From assembly GCA_027036135.1 (NCBI GenBank), contig JALVSY010000030.1, positions 32,001 through 96,000 on the forward strand: a stretch of DNA of 64,000 nt. Reading direction: 5' to 3'. A program made the translations under genes and the position numbers. Position 1 is the stretch's first letter. Each line of letters starts with the position of its first letter. This stretch comes from Pyrodictiaceae archaeon. Lineage in GTDB: Archaea > Thermoproteota > Thermoprotei_A > Sulfolobales > Pyrodictiaceae. Of this stretch, positions 18,671 through 28,569 are shown one piece after another. Under the pieces are notes generated by a model. That model worked only from the letters and a program-made list of their open reading frames with translations. It searched no databases and was not told where the DNA came from.

Positions 18671-20128
18671 GTGGAGGAGAATAAGAACCTCGTAAAGGAA
18701 CATAGACGGCTACGCAGGGTCTTAATGACCCTTATCGAGGGCCACGCCTATGTTGTATTCAAGACGAATAAGGGTGTTGTTGAGGATGTCCTCTTCCAAG
18801 GCGTTGATACACGTATGTTCGAGACCATGTGGATAGGCATGCTGATCGATGAATTGCCACGAGTAACTCCAATGATTTGTGGTGTTTGTAGTGCAACTCA
18901 TCACGTGGCTAGCGTTAAGGCTGTTGACCAGGTAAAGGCTGTTGAGCCCCCGGAGGACGCTAAGCGGATAAGGTATATGATAAACTATGGTATTCACTTG
19001 AATAACCAGGCACTTCACCCGCTTGTATTCGGGCTGCCTGACTTCCTCCCCGCTGATATCGACAAAAGGAGTGTTCTCCAGCTGGCACGAGTCAGCCCCG
19101 AGCTCGTAAAGGCTGGAATGAGAATAGTTGAGCTCGGGTTCAAGATAGTTGAGGTCTTTGGGGGCAGGGATATTCATCCAATAAACGGCATCGCTGGCGG
19201 CGTAACAAGGAAACCAAGCAGCAGTGATATTGATAGGATTAAGAGCCTTGTAGAGAAGCACCGCGGAGACCTAAGGATATTCGTAGACGGAGCGATAAAG
19301 ATGATGGAGGAGGCTAAGGCTAAGATAGAGACTTATAAGCCGGGCTACTCCTATATGATGGCTATAGCTGGGCCGAATAACTCCTATAACATAGTTGATG
19401 GGAGGGTTAAGATAATAGACGCGAAGACAGGGGCCGAGGTAGCAGAGTTCTCTGATAGGAGCACAGAGTATCTCGAGCATATCCAGGAATACACGGTCCC
19501 GTATAGCTATATCCGAATGGTTACAACGAAGTGGAGAGCAAACGCTCCTAAGACAGGGGCTATCAACGTGGGTGCACTAGCTCGTGCTAACATAGTAAAA
19601 AGCTATGGCTCAGAGACAGCTGATGAACTTAGAGACAAGGCGTTCGAGGAATGGGGTAAGCCGTTAACACATCCATTAATGGCCACGTACATGAGGCTTG
19701 TAGAGACTGTTGCACTCTATGACATAATTAGCGAGGAGCTCAAGAAGCCGCTAGGCGATAAGCTACGCAATGAGCCGCAGAGGGAAACCGGCGAGGAAGT
19801 AGGTATAATAGAGGCGCCACGCGGAACACTAATCCATCACTACCGGGCCGAGAATACTAAAACCACGTTTATAAATATAATAACTCCTACTGCGATAAAT
19901 GCTGCCGCAATAGAAGCTGATCTAGGACAGTTCTTCAAGGATAAAAACATAGATTCTATGAGTGATAAAGAACTATACATGCATGCTGTATCAATCGTAA
20001 GAAGCTATGATCCATGCATGGCATGCGCAACACACGCTATGGATCCATCCCTGCGCTCATCGATCGCCATAGTGATAGCCGATAATAACTGGAAGCCGAA
20101 GAGGATAATTAAACCAGGAGGTGCTTAG
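18671..20128 (+). CDS. [NiFe]-hydrogenase large subunit (group 3, MvhA/HoxH-like)
   Basis: IEGH, ICGVCSATH, GGRDIHP, EAPRGTLIH, RSYDPCMACATH plus C-terminal tail. Confidence 0.92.
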   Translation: MEENKNLVKEHRRLRRVLMTLIEGHAYVVFKTNKGVVEDVLFQGVDTRMFETMWIGMLIDELPRVTPMICGVCSATHHVASVKAVDQVKAVEPPEDAKRIRYMINYGIHLNNQALHPLVFGLPDFLPADIDKRSVLQLARVSPELVKAGMRIVELGFKIVEVFGGRDIHPINGIAGGVTRKPSSSDIDRIKSLVEKHRGDLRIFVDGAIKMMEEAKAKIETYKPGYSYMMAIAGPNNSYNIVDGRVKIIDAKTGAEVAEFSDRSTEYLEHIQEYTVPYSYIRMVTTKWRANAPKTGAINVGALARANIVKSYGSETADELRDKAFEEWGKPLTHPLMATYMRLVETVALYDIISEELKKPLGDKLRNEPQRETGEEVGIIEAPRGTLIHHYRAENTKTTFINIITPTAINAAAIEADLGQFFKDKNIDSMSDKELYMHAVSIVRSYDPCMACATHAMDPSLRSSIAIVIADNNWKPKRIIKPGGA

Positions 20129-20131
20129 CCT

Positions 20132-20386
20132 ATGGTTAAGATAAGGATAGACCTTGATAAATGTAAGCAGTGTCTCAACTGTGTAAGGGCATGTACAGCA
20201 TTTGATGGCGTCTACGATGAAGGACCCGACGGATACCCGGTGGTGGCGAGACCCGAGGAATGCGTCCAATGTCTTATATGCCATACGGTATGCCCAACAA
20301 ATGCAATAATTCATGAGGATTATAGAGAGACTGTTATAATTAATCCAGACAAGGTTATAGTTGAGCGCTACCGGAATATGATATAG
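20132..20386 (+). CDS. 2x[4Fe-4S] ferredoxin
   Basis: CKQCLNCVRAC and CVQCLICHTVCP. Confidence 0.92.
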   Translation: MVKIRIDLDKCKQCLNCVRACTAFDGVYDEGPDGYPVVARPEECVQCLICHTVCPTNAIIHEDYRETVIINPDKVIVERYRNMI

Positions 20387-20573
20387 CTTTTAAGCTCTAT
20401 GGTATTTTTATATCCATAAAACACTACGTTGATACATATTAAAGCAATCATTTTAATAATAGAAAACGCTCATAGAGTTGCTTAGACATCTACGTCTAAA
20501 CACTTTTTGCCTTCCTTAATGTTTTAGAATAATTAGAGCTAAGGATGCTCTGCAAAGAACCTCCTTCGGGCAT

Positions 20574-21485
20574 ATGTGGTGGTGTATAAAGGTCTTGACC
20601 CTATCCCCCGAAGAATTGAAAAATTTTCTTATAGAACTAATACGCACAGCTGAGACAAGGCTCCCCGTTGATGTCTATGAGGCGCTGAAGCAAGCATATG
20701 AGGTAGAGGATAACCCTATTGCTAAGCAACACCTAGGCGCTATACTGAGGAATAGCGAGCTGGCAGCTAAGCTAGGTAAGCCTATTTGCCAAGACACCGG
20801 TACCCCGGTATTCTATGCAGAGATGGGGGCTGATTTCCCGCTCCGCTCAGAGTTCTACGACATCGCACGCGAAGCTGTACGGGAGGCCACTAAGCTTGTG
20901 CCCCTGAGGCCAAACGCCGTCGATCCATTCAAGAAGAAGAATACCGGTGACAATACTGGCAGATTCGTTCCTTGGTTCGAGGTAGAGATCGTACCAGGCA
21001 GCGACCTCAAGGTGACATTTGTTGCCAAGGGTGGGGGAAGCGAGGCGCCCTCAACGCTGCGCATGGGACTCCCCATAAGGGGTGTAAGGAATGTCTGGGA
21101 GACAGTGCTCCAAGCCATTGTTGAGGCTGGGCCTAAGCCATGCCCACCAGTAATTGTTGGTGTTGGTGTTGCTGCACTAAGCGACCAGGCAATGGCTCTG
21201 GCCAAGAGAGCTGCACTACTAAGACCTATTGGCGATAGGCACCCAGACCCAGAGATAGCCAGGCTCGAGGAAGAGATGCTTAAGGCCGTTAACGAGCTCG
21301 GTATCGGTGTCCACGGCTTCGGAGGCAAGGTCACTGCGCTGGATCTACACATAGAGTATGCCCACCGGCACCCAGCGACCTACGCCGTGGCTGTCGCGAC
21401 TAATTGCTGGGCGATGCGCCGCGCAACCGGGTACATAACGAGTGAGGGCAAGTGGGAGATCATATCCAAGCACATAACAGGGTAA
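20574..21485 (+). CDS. class I fumarate hydratase/tartrate dehydratase alpha subunit
   Basis: PICQDTG, KGGGSE, PCPP, GIG..GFGG, NCWA.R. Confidence 0.92.
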   Translation: MWWCIKVLTLSPEELKNFLIELIRTAETRLPVDVYEALKQAYEVEDNPIAKQHLGAILRNSELAAKLGKPICQDTGTPVFYAEMGADFPLRSEFYDIAREAVREATKLVPLRPNAVDPFKKKNTGDNTGRFVPWFEVEIVPGSDLKVTFVAKGGGSEAPSTLRMGLPIRGVRNVWETVLQAIVEAGPKPCPPVIVGVGVAALSDQAMALAKRAALLRPIGDRHPDPEIARLEEEMLKAVNELGIGVHGFGGKVTALDLHIEYAHRHPATYAVAVATNCWAMRRATGYITSEGKWEIISKHITG

Positions 21486-21514
21486 CCCGTGTCTCATATG
21501 GAGGTGAGTCCTAG

Positions 21515-22117
21515 ATGACAAACGTGTATCATCTACGTACCCCTCTCTCTGAGAAGGATGTTAGGAAGCTACGAGTAGGCGACACAGTGTATCTCTCCGG
21601 CCTAATATTCACGGCAAGAGACGCTGCGCACCGGAAGATACTTGACCTCATAAACCATGGCGAGAAACTACCCTTTGACCCAAGAGGACTAGCCGTATAC
21701 CACGTGGGCCCAGTTGTTAGGAGGAAGAACGGGGAATGGGAAGTAATAGCCGCTGGGCCAACGACTAGCGCGAGACTTGAGCCAGTCGAGCACGAGTTCA
21801 TAGCAAAGACAGGGGTAAGAATGATTATAGGCAAGGGCGGAATGGGCGCAAAGACAGCCGAGGCCTGTAAGAAGTACGGAGCAGTATACGCAGTGTTCAC
21901 CGGAGGCGCAGCAGTACTCGCCGCACAAGCAATCAAGAGAGTAGTAGACGTGTACTGGCTAGACGAGCTAGGCATACCAGAGGCTGTGTGGCTCTTCGAG
22001 GTAGAAGAGTTTGGTCCACTAACAGTAACGATAGACGCTACTGGCAAGAACCTATACGACGAGATACTGGAAAGAGCTAAGAGGAAAGCACAAGAAATAC
22101 TCTCAAGACTATCATAA
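21515..22117 (+). CDS. class I fumarate hydratase/tartrate dehydratase beta subunit
   Basis: TARDAAH, GPTTSAR, IGKGG, FGPLTVTID. Confidence 0.92.
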   Translation: MTNVYHLRTPLSEKDVRKLRVGDTVYLSGLIFTARDAAHRKILDLINHGEKLPFDPRGLAVYHVGPVVRRKNGEWEVIAAGPTTSARLEPVEHEFIAKTGVRMIIGKGGMGAKTAEACKKYGAVYAVFTGGAAVLAAQAIKRVVDVYWLDELGIPEAVWLFEVEEFGPLTVTIDATGKNLYDEILERAKRKAQEILSRLS

Positions 22118-22205
22118 TTCTTTCTATGGAGATTCCAATAAAATATAATATTTTGAATAATTATGATAGAATATTTTGGAATAAAAATACGTGGCTTTAC
22201 CCAAG

Positions 22206-23138
22206 TTACTCTTTCAGCCACTCCTCTTTGAAATCTATATCGACTGGCTCCCTTGCCTGTTGCTCCGGGTCTACGCCTGGTAGCAAGTTGTGCTTTGGAT
22301 ACTCTGCTTTCACTTGTCTTAACGGTTTCTCGAGAGGCCCGGCTACTGGGCTTACTTTCTTCTTCCGCCATAGCTTGAGTCCATGTAGCAATGCTATGCG
22401 TCTTAGCTTCTGTATAGCCCCGGCAGGATCCACAGCCTTTGGACAGACAGCACTACAGCTGGCTGCAAAGTGGCAAGCAAAGCATCCATCCGCATTAGCT
22501 ACTATCGCTAGCCGTTTATCAGCTCCCGCATCACGGACATCAACTATGAAGCGATAGGCTTGTGTGAGAGCTTGAGGGCCAAGATACTTCTTGTTAGAGT
22601 TGAATACCGGGCAAGCAGCGTTACATAAGCCACACATTATACATAGACTATACTGATATATTTGAAGATGCTCCTCCGGGTACATTATGAACTCGTACTT
22701 AGCGTCATCAACTTCTTTTTTATCACGCCTAATTATGTATGGCATTATCCTTCTATGATTTTCTATGAGCCTAGTCATATCGACTATAAGGTCACGTACC
22801 ACGGGATACCCAGGAAGAGGCGCTATCTCAATAACATTGCTATGATTTTCTTCTAGGAGTTTAAGTACTTGTGTCTGACAAGCTAGTCTTGGCATACCGT
22901 TTATGAGCATACCACAGCTTCCGCAAACACCCATTCTACAACTATACCTCATTGATAATGTAGGATCAAGGTTCTCTTTTATCCATATCAGTGCATCAAG
23001 TACAGTAAGGCCACGGTACACTGGTACCTTGTATTCCTGTATCCACTTCTTCTTGGTCTCCGGGTTGTATCGATGAACCCGGAATACAGCTTCTTTGTGG
23101 CTAGGTATATTGGAGGCCATAGAGCCTTCACCAACCAA
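22206..23138 (-). CDS. sdhB: succinate dehydrogenase/fumarate reductase Fe-S subunit
   Basis: SCRMGVCGSC, CIMCGLC..AC, GPQAL, C..CH....C...CP. Confidence 0.93.
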   Translation of the reverse strand: MVGEGSMASNIPSHKEAVFRVHRYNPETKKKWIQEYKVPVYRGLTVLDALIWIKENLDPTLSMRYSCRMGVCGSCGMLINGMPRLACQTQVLKLLEENHSNVIEIAPLPGYPVVRDLIVDMTRLIENHRRIMPYIIRRDKKEVDDAKYEFIMYPEEHLQIYQYSLCIMCGLCNAACPVFNSNKKYLGPQALTQAYRFIVDVRDAGADKRLAIVANADGCFACHFAASCSAVCPKAVDPAGAIQKLRRIALLHGLKLWRKKKVSPVAGPLEKPLRQVKAEYPKHNLLPGVDPEQQAREPVDIDFKEEWLKE

Positions 23139-23451
23139 AGGATCTTATTAAGCCTACTCCGCCAACCCATAGAACCGTTATTAATAGAATCCAGTAAACG
23201 ATCTCAGTGAATATTCTGCCAGCCTTGCCAGATACATAGTCGTACATAACTGAGCGAAAGCCCTCAAGGCCGTGATATGATGCGAATATGAGGAGGAGCC
23301 ATAGTACTGGTGACCGAGGGGGCTGCTGAATAGACCATGATGATGGTACATGATGCTCTAATAGGTGCAGAGGCAGGATTATTATTAGCAATAGCGCGAA
23401 TATGTATCTAAGGTTTTGCCTTATGGTTTCAAGCGTGGACATCAGAGTCAC
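23128..23451 (-). CDS. sdhD: succinate dehydrogenase/fumarate reductase membrane anchor D
   Basis: three hydrophobic helices, YHGLEG.R....DY. Confidence 0.8.
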   Translation of the reverse strand: MTLMSTLETIRQNLRYIFALLLIIILPLHLLEHHVPSSWSIQQPPRSPVLWLLLIFASYHGLEGFRSVMYDYVSGKAGRIFTEIVYWILLITVLWVGGVGLIRSFGW

Positions 23452-23460
23452 CCCTCTATG

Positions 23461-23859
23461 CTACGGATAAGCTATTAATATATATGTATATATTGATATA
23501 AATAATATAGCCAATATTATTAGTACGTGTTGGAGTACTCGTTGCTTTGCACGAAGCGTTCCAGAAATATATGGCGGCTTCGGTAGCTCTGGCTTACCTA
23601 TAGCCAGGCCAAGGTACTCTGTTATTATTAGGCGTATACCATTAAGTCCATGTATACTAGCAACAGCTATCACAATAAACCTAATTATCTTTGACGAAAT
23701 TATATAAGATGATAAAGAAGCAAAACTAGTATATCCAGCAAATACAGCACCCATGCTTATTACGTGTATAAGGAAGTAGGCGAGAAGGATTAGGCCAGTA
23801 ACTCTGTGTAAGTAAAATGCAAGCCTCTCAGGATTATTCCTTATACTAACTCTTCCCAC
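23461..23859 (-). CDS. sdhC: succinate dehydrogenase/fumarate reductase membrane anchor C
   Basis: LHRVTG, HGLNGIR. Confidence 0.85.
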   Translation of the reverse strand: MGRVSIRNNPERLAFYLHRVTGLILLAYFLIHVISMGAVFAGYTSFASLSSYIISSKIIRFIVIAVASIHGLNGIRLIITEYLGLAIGKPELPKPPYISGTLRAKQRVLQHVLIILAILFISIYTYILIAYP

Positions 23860-23938
23860 ACAAGTTCACCTCCTATATCCTACTCATGGGCCCGCTAACT
23901 AGATGCAAGGATTGCATTATTGAGGGAAAAGGTAAATC

Positions 23939-25777
23939 TTAGTACTTCCTCGCTATTGGCTTCCATGTCGTTATTCTCACCGGAGTATATGTCACTTCTA
24001 GTCCTCCATTAGAAGTCATATATACCAACGTATGCTTGAGCCAGTTGTCATCGTCTCTCTTAGGATAGTCTATACGATAATGGGCACCACGGCTTTCCGT
24101 CCTTAGCAACGCTCCATAGATGACTGTATAGGCAACGTCAACCATGTTCTGGGTTTCGAGAACCGTTATCAAGTCCGTGTTATAGATTCTTGACTTATCG
24201 CTCGGATACACATTCCTCATTTCCTTTCTTAGCTCAAGTGTAGTCTGTAAAGCCTTCTTGAGGCCGCTTTCGTCGCGGAACACATACACATACTTATCCA
24301 TCGTCTCTCTAAGCTTAGCACGTACTTCGTAAACAGTCACAGAGCCAGACTCGTGCTTTAATAGTTCATCAAAGATACGTTTCTCCTCTTTCTCTATTAG
24401 CTTCTCGCTGGGCTTTGGCTCTGGAGCTCCCTGTTCTTTAAGCTTCATCACATACTGTGCCGCTTGTCTCCCAGCAATCCTGCCACTTACAAGGCACTCA
24501 GCTGTACTGTTCGATCCAAGCCTATTAGCGCCGTGTACGCTAGCACACGAGACCTCGCCAGCCGCCCATAAGCCTTTTACCCACTTGTCCTCAATGTTTA
24601 AGACCCTATAGTACTTATCAGTGTGTATCCCGCCCATCGAGTAATGAGCCACAGGCCTTACAGGTATTGGTTCGGAGACAGGGTCTATTCCTGCATGCTT
24701 TATAGCTATCTCTCTTACCGCTGGTAAGCGCTCATTTATACGCTCTTCACCTAGGTGTCTTAAGTCGAGGAGAACGTATTCAAGGCCGCTTACCGGGTCT
24801 TTAAATCCGCGGCCCTCGAGTATCTCGGTCATCTCTGCGCGTGATACAACGTCGCGTGGGGCGAGCTCCATTTTCTCTGGAGCATATTTCTTCATGAATC
24901 GTTCTCCGTTCTTATTAATTAGGTAGCCACCCTCACCTCTGGCACCCTCTGTTATCAGTATTCCGCTAGGTACAAGACCTGTTGGGTGGAACTGTATAAA
25001 CTCCATATCCTTGAGGGGTATGCCGGCTCGGAGAGCCATTGCCTGACCATCGCCGGTAACTGTGTGAGAATAAGTAGTAAATTTGTAAATACGGCCAACG
25101 CCACCAGTTGCTATTATTCCTGCACGTGCGCGGAATACAAGAAACTCTCCAGTCTTCATATCTATTGCCGTAACGCCCTTAAACTCGTTGTCTTCAATCA
25201 AAATACTTGTCACATAGACCTCGTCGTAACGATCCCAATTATCATAGCCTACTAACCTGCTATAGAGCGTCTGCATTTCAAAGAAGCCGGTCTTATCTGC
25301 TGCAAAGCATGCCCTGGGGAAGCTGTGGCCTCCGAAAGGCCTTTGTGCTATCCTGCCATCGGGGCGGCGGCTCCAGGGCATACCCCAGCGCTCAAGCTGC
25401 CTTATCTCCTCGGGGAGGAGCTTTACCATGAGCCATACGGCATCCTGGTCAGCAAGGAAGTCAGCACCCTTAATAGTGTCCCATGCGTGGAGAGCGAAGC
25501 TATCACCTTCCTCAGGGTAGAGAACAGCTGCCGTTCCACCCTCCGCGGCTACACTATGACTACGCATTAATTGTATCTTGCTTATGAGCGCAAGGCTAAC
25601 CTTGTCCCCAAATGTCCTCTTAACCTCGAGGGCTGCACGTAGCCCAGCTATACCCGAGCCTACTATCACGATATCGTAGTAAAGGGTGTCTGTCAAAACT
25701 ATACGCCTCACATTAAGCCGCGAAGCGCCTAAGGCTCTTTTCTCTCCAGGTTTCAAAATCCCTACGGTGAGGTACAT
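23939..25777 (-). CDS. sdhA: succinate dehydrogenase/fumarate reductase flavoprotein
   Basis: [49 protein letters not shown]; start probably about 80 nt downstream. Confidence 0.95.
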   Translation of the reverse strand: MYLTVGILKPGEKRALGASRLNVRRIVLTDTLYYDIVIVGSGIAGLRAALEVKRTFGDKVSLALISKIQLMRSHSVAAEGGTAAVLYPEEGDSFALHAWDTIKGADFLADQDAVWLMVKLLPEEIRQLERWGMPWSRRPDGRIAQRPFGGHSFPRACFAADKTGFFEMQTLYSRLVGYDNWDRYDEVYVTSILIEDNEFKGVTAIDMKTGEFLVFRARAGIIATGGVGRIYKFTTYSHTVTGDGQAMALRAGIPLKDMEFIQFHPTGLVPSGILITEGARGEGGYLINKNGERFMKKYAPEKMELAPRDVVSRAEMTEILEGRGFKDPVSGLEYVLLDLRHLGEERINERLPAVREIAIKHAGIDPVSEPIPVRPVAHYSMGGIHTDKYYRVLNIEDKWVKGLWAAGEVSCASVHGANRLGSNSTAECLVSGRIAGRQAAQYVMKLKEQGAPEPKPSEKLIEKEEKRIFDELLKHESGSVTVYEVRAKLRETMDKYVYVFRDESGLKKALQTTLELRKEMRNVYPSDKSRIYNTDLITVLETQNMVDVAYTVIYGALLRTESRGAHYRIDYPKRDDDNWLKHTLVYMTSNGGLEVTYTPVRITTWKPIARKY

Positions 25778-25941
25778 TAAGCGTATTGGCTGTTAAACTG
25801 GCTAATCTTCATATAGATTACACTACAAAAACAAGCTATAATTGATAATAATACTTATTTATAGATTAAATTATTCTTTACTGAACCCCTACAGCATAAA
25901 GACCTTGCAGAGGCTGTATAGGCGTAGCGGTAAGGAGCGTT

Positions 25942-27135
25942 ATGGCGAACAATACATGCCCCGAGAAACTCGTAGTAATAGGTGGCGGGTTCGTAGGGCT
26001 TCATAGCGCTGTTCATGCAGCAAAGAAGGGCATAGATGTACTAGTCATAGATATTAGCGAGGACGTTGTCCGGAGAATAAACTCTGGCAACAGGGACGCG
26101 CTACACATACGTGAACCATATATACTTGATAACTGGGATAGCGTCAAGGCACGCATCCATGCGACAACAGAGTATAGCGAGGCCAAGGGCTCGCGCTACT
26201 TCATAGTCGCTGTCCAGACCCCGCGGAAAGGAGAAGTAATAGATTACTCGCCGCTGCTAAGCGTCGCGAAAAGCCTAGCACCCTACCTAGCACGAGGCTC
26301 ACTCATCGTATCAGAGGTCACGATTTATCCCGGAGGCACCATGGAGCTCCTCGCCAAGCCACTGAGCAAAGCTACAGGGTTCAAGCTCGACGAGGAACTA
26401 CTTGTAGCCCATGTCCCCGAGAGGCTAAACGCTGGCTCTACCAAATGGACGCCAGAGAACATACCTCGTGTGATCGGGGGCATAGGGCCCCGGAGCCTAG
26501 AGGCAGCAATAAGGCTCTACAGAGACTGTCTAGGCGCACCAGTTCACCCCGTCCACGATATACGTGTCGCAGAGGCCTCAAAGCTCCTCGAGAACAGCTT
26601 TAGGTTACTCAATATCTCGTTCATTAATGAGCTTAAGAGAGCATTTGACAGGATAGGGTTAGACATAAAAGAGGTAGTGAGGGCTGCCTCTACTAAACCC
26701 TTCGGCTACATGCCGTTCTACCCAGGCCCCTATGCAGGGGGAGCATGCTTGCCAAAGGATGCCTTCATGCTAGAGACAAAGACCGATTCACTCCTCCTAA
26801 GAATAGCCCGCTACATAAACGAGACACAGCCGCTCTACTACGCAGCACTACTTCTCAAGAAGATACGGAGGCAGGGTGCAAGGAAGATATTATTCTATGG
26901 GCTAGGATTTAAGCCGAACTCGCCATATCCCATTGAGAGCCCAGTGCTACGGGTGATTGAGGAGCTGAAACAATTAGACCCAGGGCTTGATATAAGGAGG
27001 TTTGATCCCCAGATTCCTTGGTTAAGTGACTTCAGAGAAGAGGAAGAGGCTATAAGCTGGGCTGACCTAGTTATACGCTGGGGCTATAAAGATAAGCAAC
27101 TAGGAACAAATGTAGTGGAGCTCGAAGACTTGTAG
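25942..27135 (+). CDS. nucleotide-sugar dehydrogenase (WecC/UGDH family)
   Basis: IGGGFVG, PER, AEASKLLEN.FR..NI, TKPFG...PGP..GG.CLPKD, GLGFK. Confidence 0.88.
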   Translation: MANNTCPEKLVVIGGGFVGLHSAVHAAKKGIDVLVIDISEDVVRRINSGNRDALHIREPYILDNWDSVKARIHATTEYSEAKGSRYFIVAVQTPRKGEVIDYSPLLSVAKSLAPYLARGSLIVSEVTIYPGGTMELLAKPLSKATGFKLDEELLVAHVPERLNAGSTKWTPENIPRVIGGIGPRSLEAAIRLYRDCLGAPVHPVHDIRVAEASKLLENSFRLLNISFINELKRAFDRIGLDIKEVVRAASTKPFGYMPFYPGPYAGGACLPKDAFMLETKTDSLLLRIARYINETQPLYYAALLLKKIRRQGARKILFYGLGFKPNSPYPIESPVLRVIEELKQLDPGLDIRRFDPQIPWLSDFREEEEAISWADLVIRWGYKDKQLGTNVVELEDL

Positions 27136-27173
27136 TGCTCTACTCGCGGGCTATGTGAAGGGGAAGATCTTTC

Positions 27174-28157
27174 TTGGCCAAGAAGGTATTGTTGACTGCT
27201 GCACCTGGCGGGCACTCTGGCTATGCCTATGCGATAGCATATTATCTACGGAGCCACGGTATTGAGCTTGTCTTCATAGTAGCTCAGCACGATAAGTGGG
27301 CTCCTAGGAAGCTAGAGAGGCTAGGAGAAGTAATCCGTATACCTATGCCACGTTTACCCGGCGAGCCCCTCTACTGGACGCTTCATAGGTGGCCAGCAGC
27401 TTTTCTAAGAGCCATGCGGGTAGTCAAGAAGGAGTACCGGGTACTCGTTAGCTGTGGAGCCAACCTGAGCATAGCCCCGGGAGTAGCCGCGAAGACTAAG
27501 GGACTTAGGCTAGTTAATGTCGAGAGTATTGTGAGGCTCAGCACGCCCGGGCGTACGCCAAGACTGCTACACCGCTTGGCCGACAAAACCCTGGTCCATT
27601 GGCCTGAACAAGCCAAGCTTCTCCCAGGAGCGGAAGTAGTTGGCCCGATATACGAGCCGCCGAGATATAAGCCTAGAGACGAGGGCTACATCCTAGTCAC
27701 AACGGGCACCATGGGGCATAAGGCTCTCTTTGACGCATTATCCAAGCTAGGCCTACGCAACATTGTCTTGCAGACGGGGCGAGTAGACCCGGAGCCTTAT
27801 CACAGAAAGAACCCTACGTGGCGCGTCTTCCGCTTCGACCCCGACCTCGATAAATGGATAGCTAGGGCTAGTCTTGTAATAACACACTTCCCGGGAATGA
27901 CCTCCGCTACAGCAGCACTCGCATATAATAAGCCAGTTATACTTGTAGCAGCTCCTCATCTGAGACTCTCGGCACCTCAGCGAGACGGACCCCTCTATGC
28001 CGAGAAAATAGGCGCCATTTACCTATCAGAGGTGTCCCCGAAGAGCCTTATGGAAGCAATAGAGAAGGCAGAGGGTCTAGAGCCTAAGCGTCTCGATAAC
28101 GGGGCTAAGAGGGCAGCGGAGATAATAACAAGGATATATTCCGGTAAAGAGGACTAG
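27174..28157 (+). CDS. GT-B glycosyltransferase (Alg14/Alg13-like fusion)
   Basis: PGGH, NVESIVR, VHWPEQ, LVTTGT, VLQTG, ITH. Confidence 0.78.
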   Translation: MAKKVLLTAAPGGHSGYAYAIAYYLRSHGIELVFIVAQHDKWAPRKLERLGEVIRIPMPRLPGEPLYWTLHRWPAAFLRAMRVVKKEYRVLVSCGANLSIAPGVAAKTKGLRLVNVESIVRLSTPGRTPRLLHRLADKTLVHWPEQAKLLPGAEVVGPIYEPPRYKPRDEGYILVTTGTMGHKALFDALSKLGLRNIVLQTGRVDPEPYHRKNPTWRVFRFDPDLDKWIARASLVITHFPGMTSATAALAYNKPVILVAAPHLRLSAPQRDGPLYAEKIGAIYLSEVSPKSLMEAIEKAEGLEPKRLDNGAKRAAEIITRIYSGKED

Positions 28158-28160
28158 GCC

Positions 28161-28508
28161 TTGAGGAGGAACCGAGCCAAGATACATAGGCATAGGTGCT
28201 GTAAGCCGGGTTATCGTGGAGAGCTATGTGAGCTCTTAGAGACCCTGCTTCTCAACTCCCGTGACTTCTTTGACAAAAATGATTGTCTTAACAGCGATGG
28301 TAGGCGACTACTTGAGACAATTATCCGCCTACTACTGGACGAACACCACGAGTATAAAGAGCTTGTTAAACGCGTACGTAAACATCCATGTCTGGAGAAC
28401 ATATTGCGCTTATCAAGCGTTTTCTATAACTGCGATGCATACCTGTTCTACAGTATTGGCCGCAGATCATGGTATAGCATAGGGAATGGTGATATTATGC
28501 TGGGATGA
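28161..28508 (+). CDS. hypothetical protein
   Basis: 115-aa ORF following the glycosyltransferase in operon position. Confidence 0.55.
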   Translation: MRRNRAKIHRHRCCKPGYRGELCELLETLLLNSRDFFDKNDCLNSDGRRLLETIIRLLLDEHHEYKELVKRVRKHPCLENILRLSSVFYNCDAYLFYSIGRRSWYSIGNGDIMLG

Positions 28509-28569
28509 GTGAACCAACAATCATAAAATTGATCATATCTTAATTTAATATACTATGTTATTAATATAA

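Noticed and set aside
21529-22557. ORFs 21529..22371 (-) and 22126..22557 (+)
   Set aside because: Antisense shadows of the fumarase beta and sdhB genes; Ser-rich, no motifs. The same applies to most short antisense ORFs in the track.
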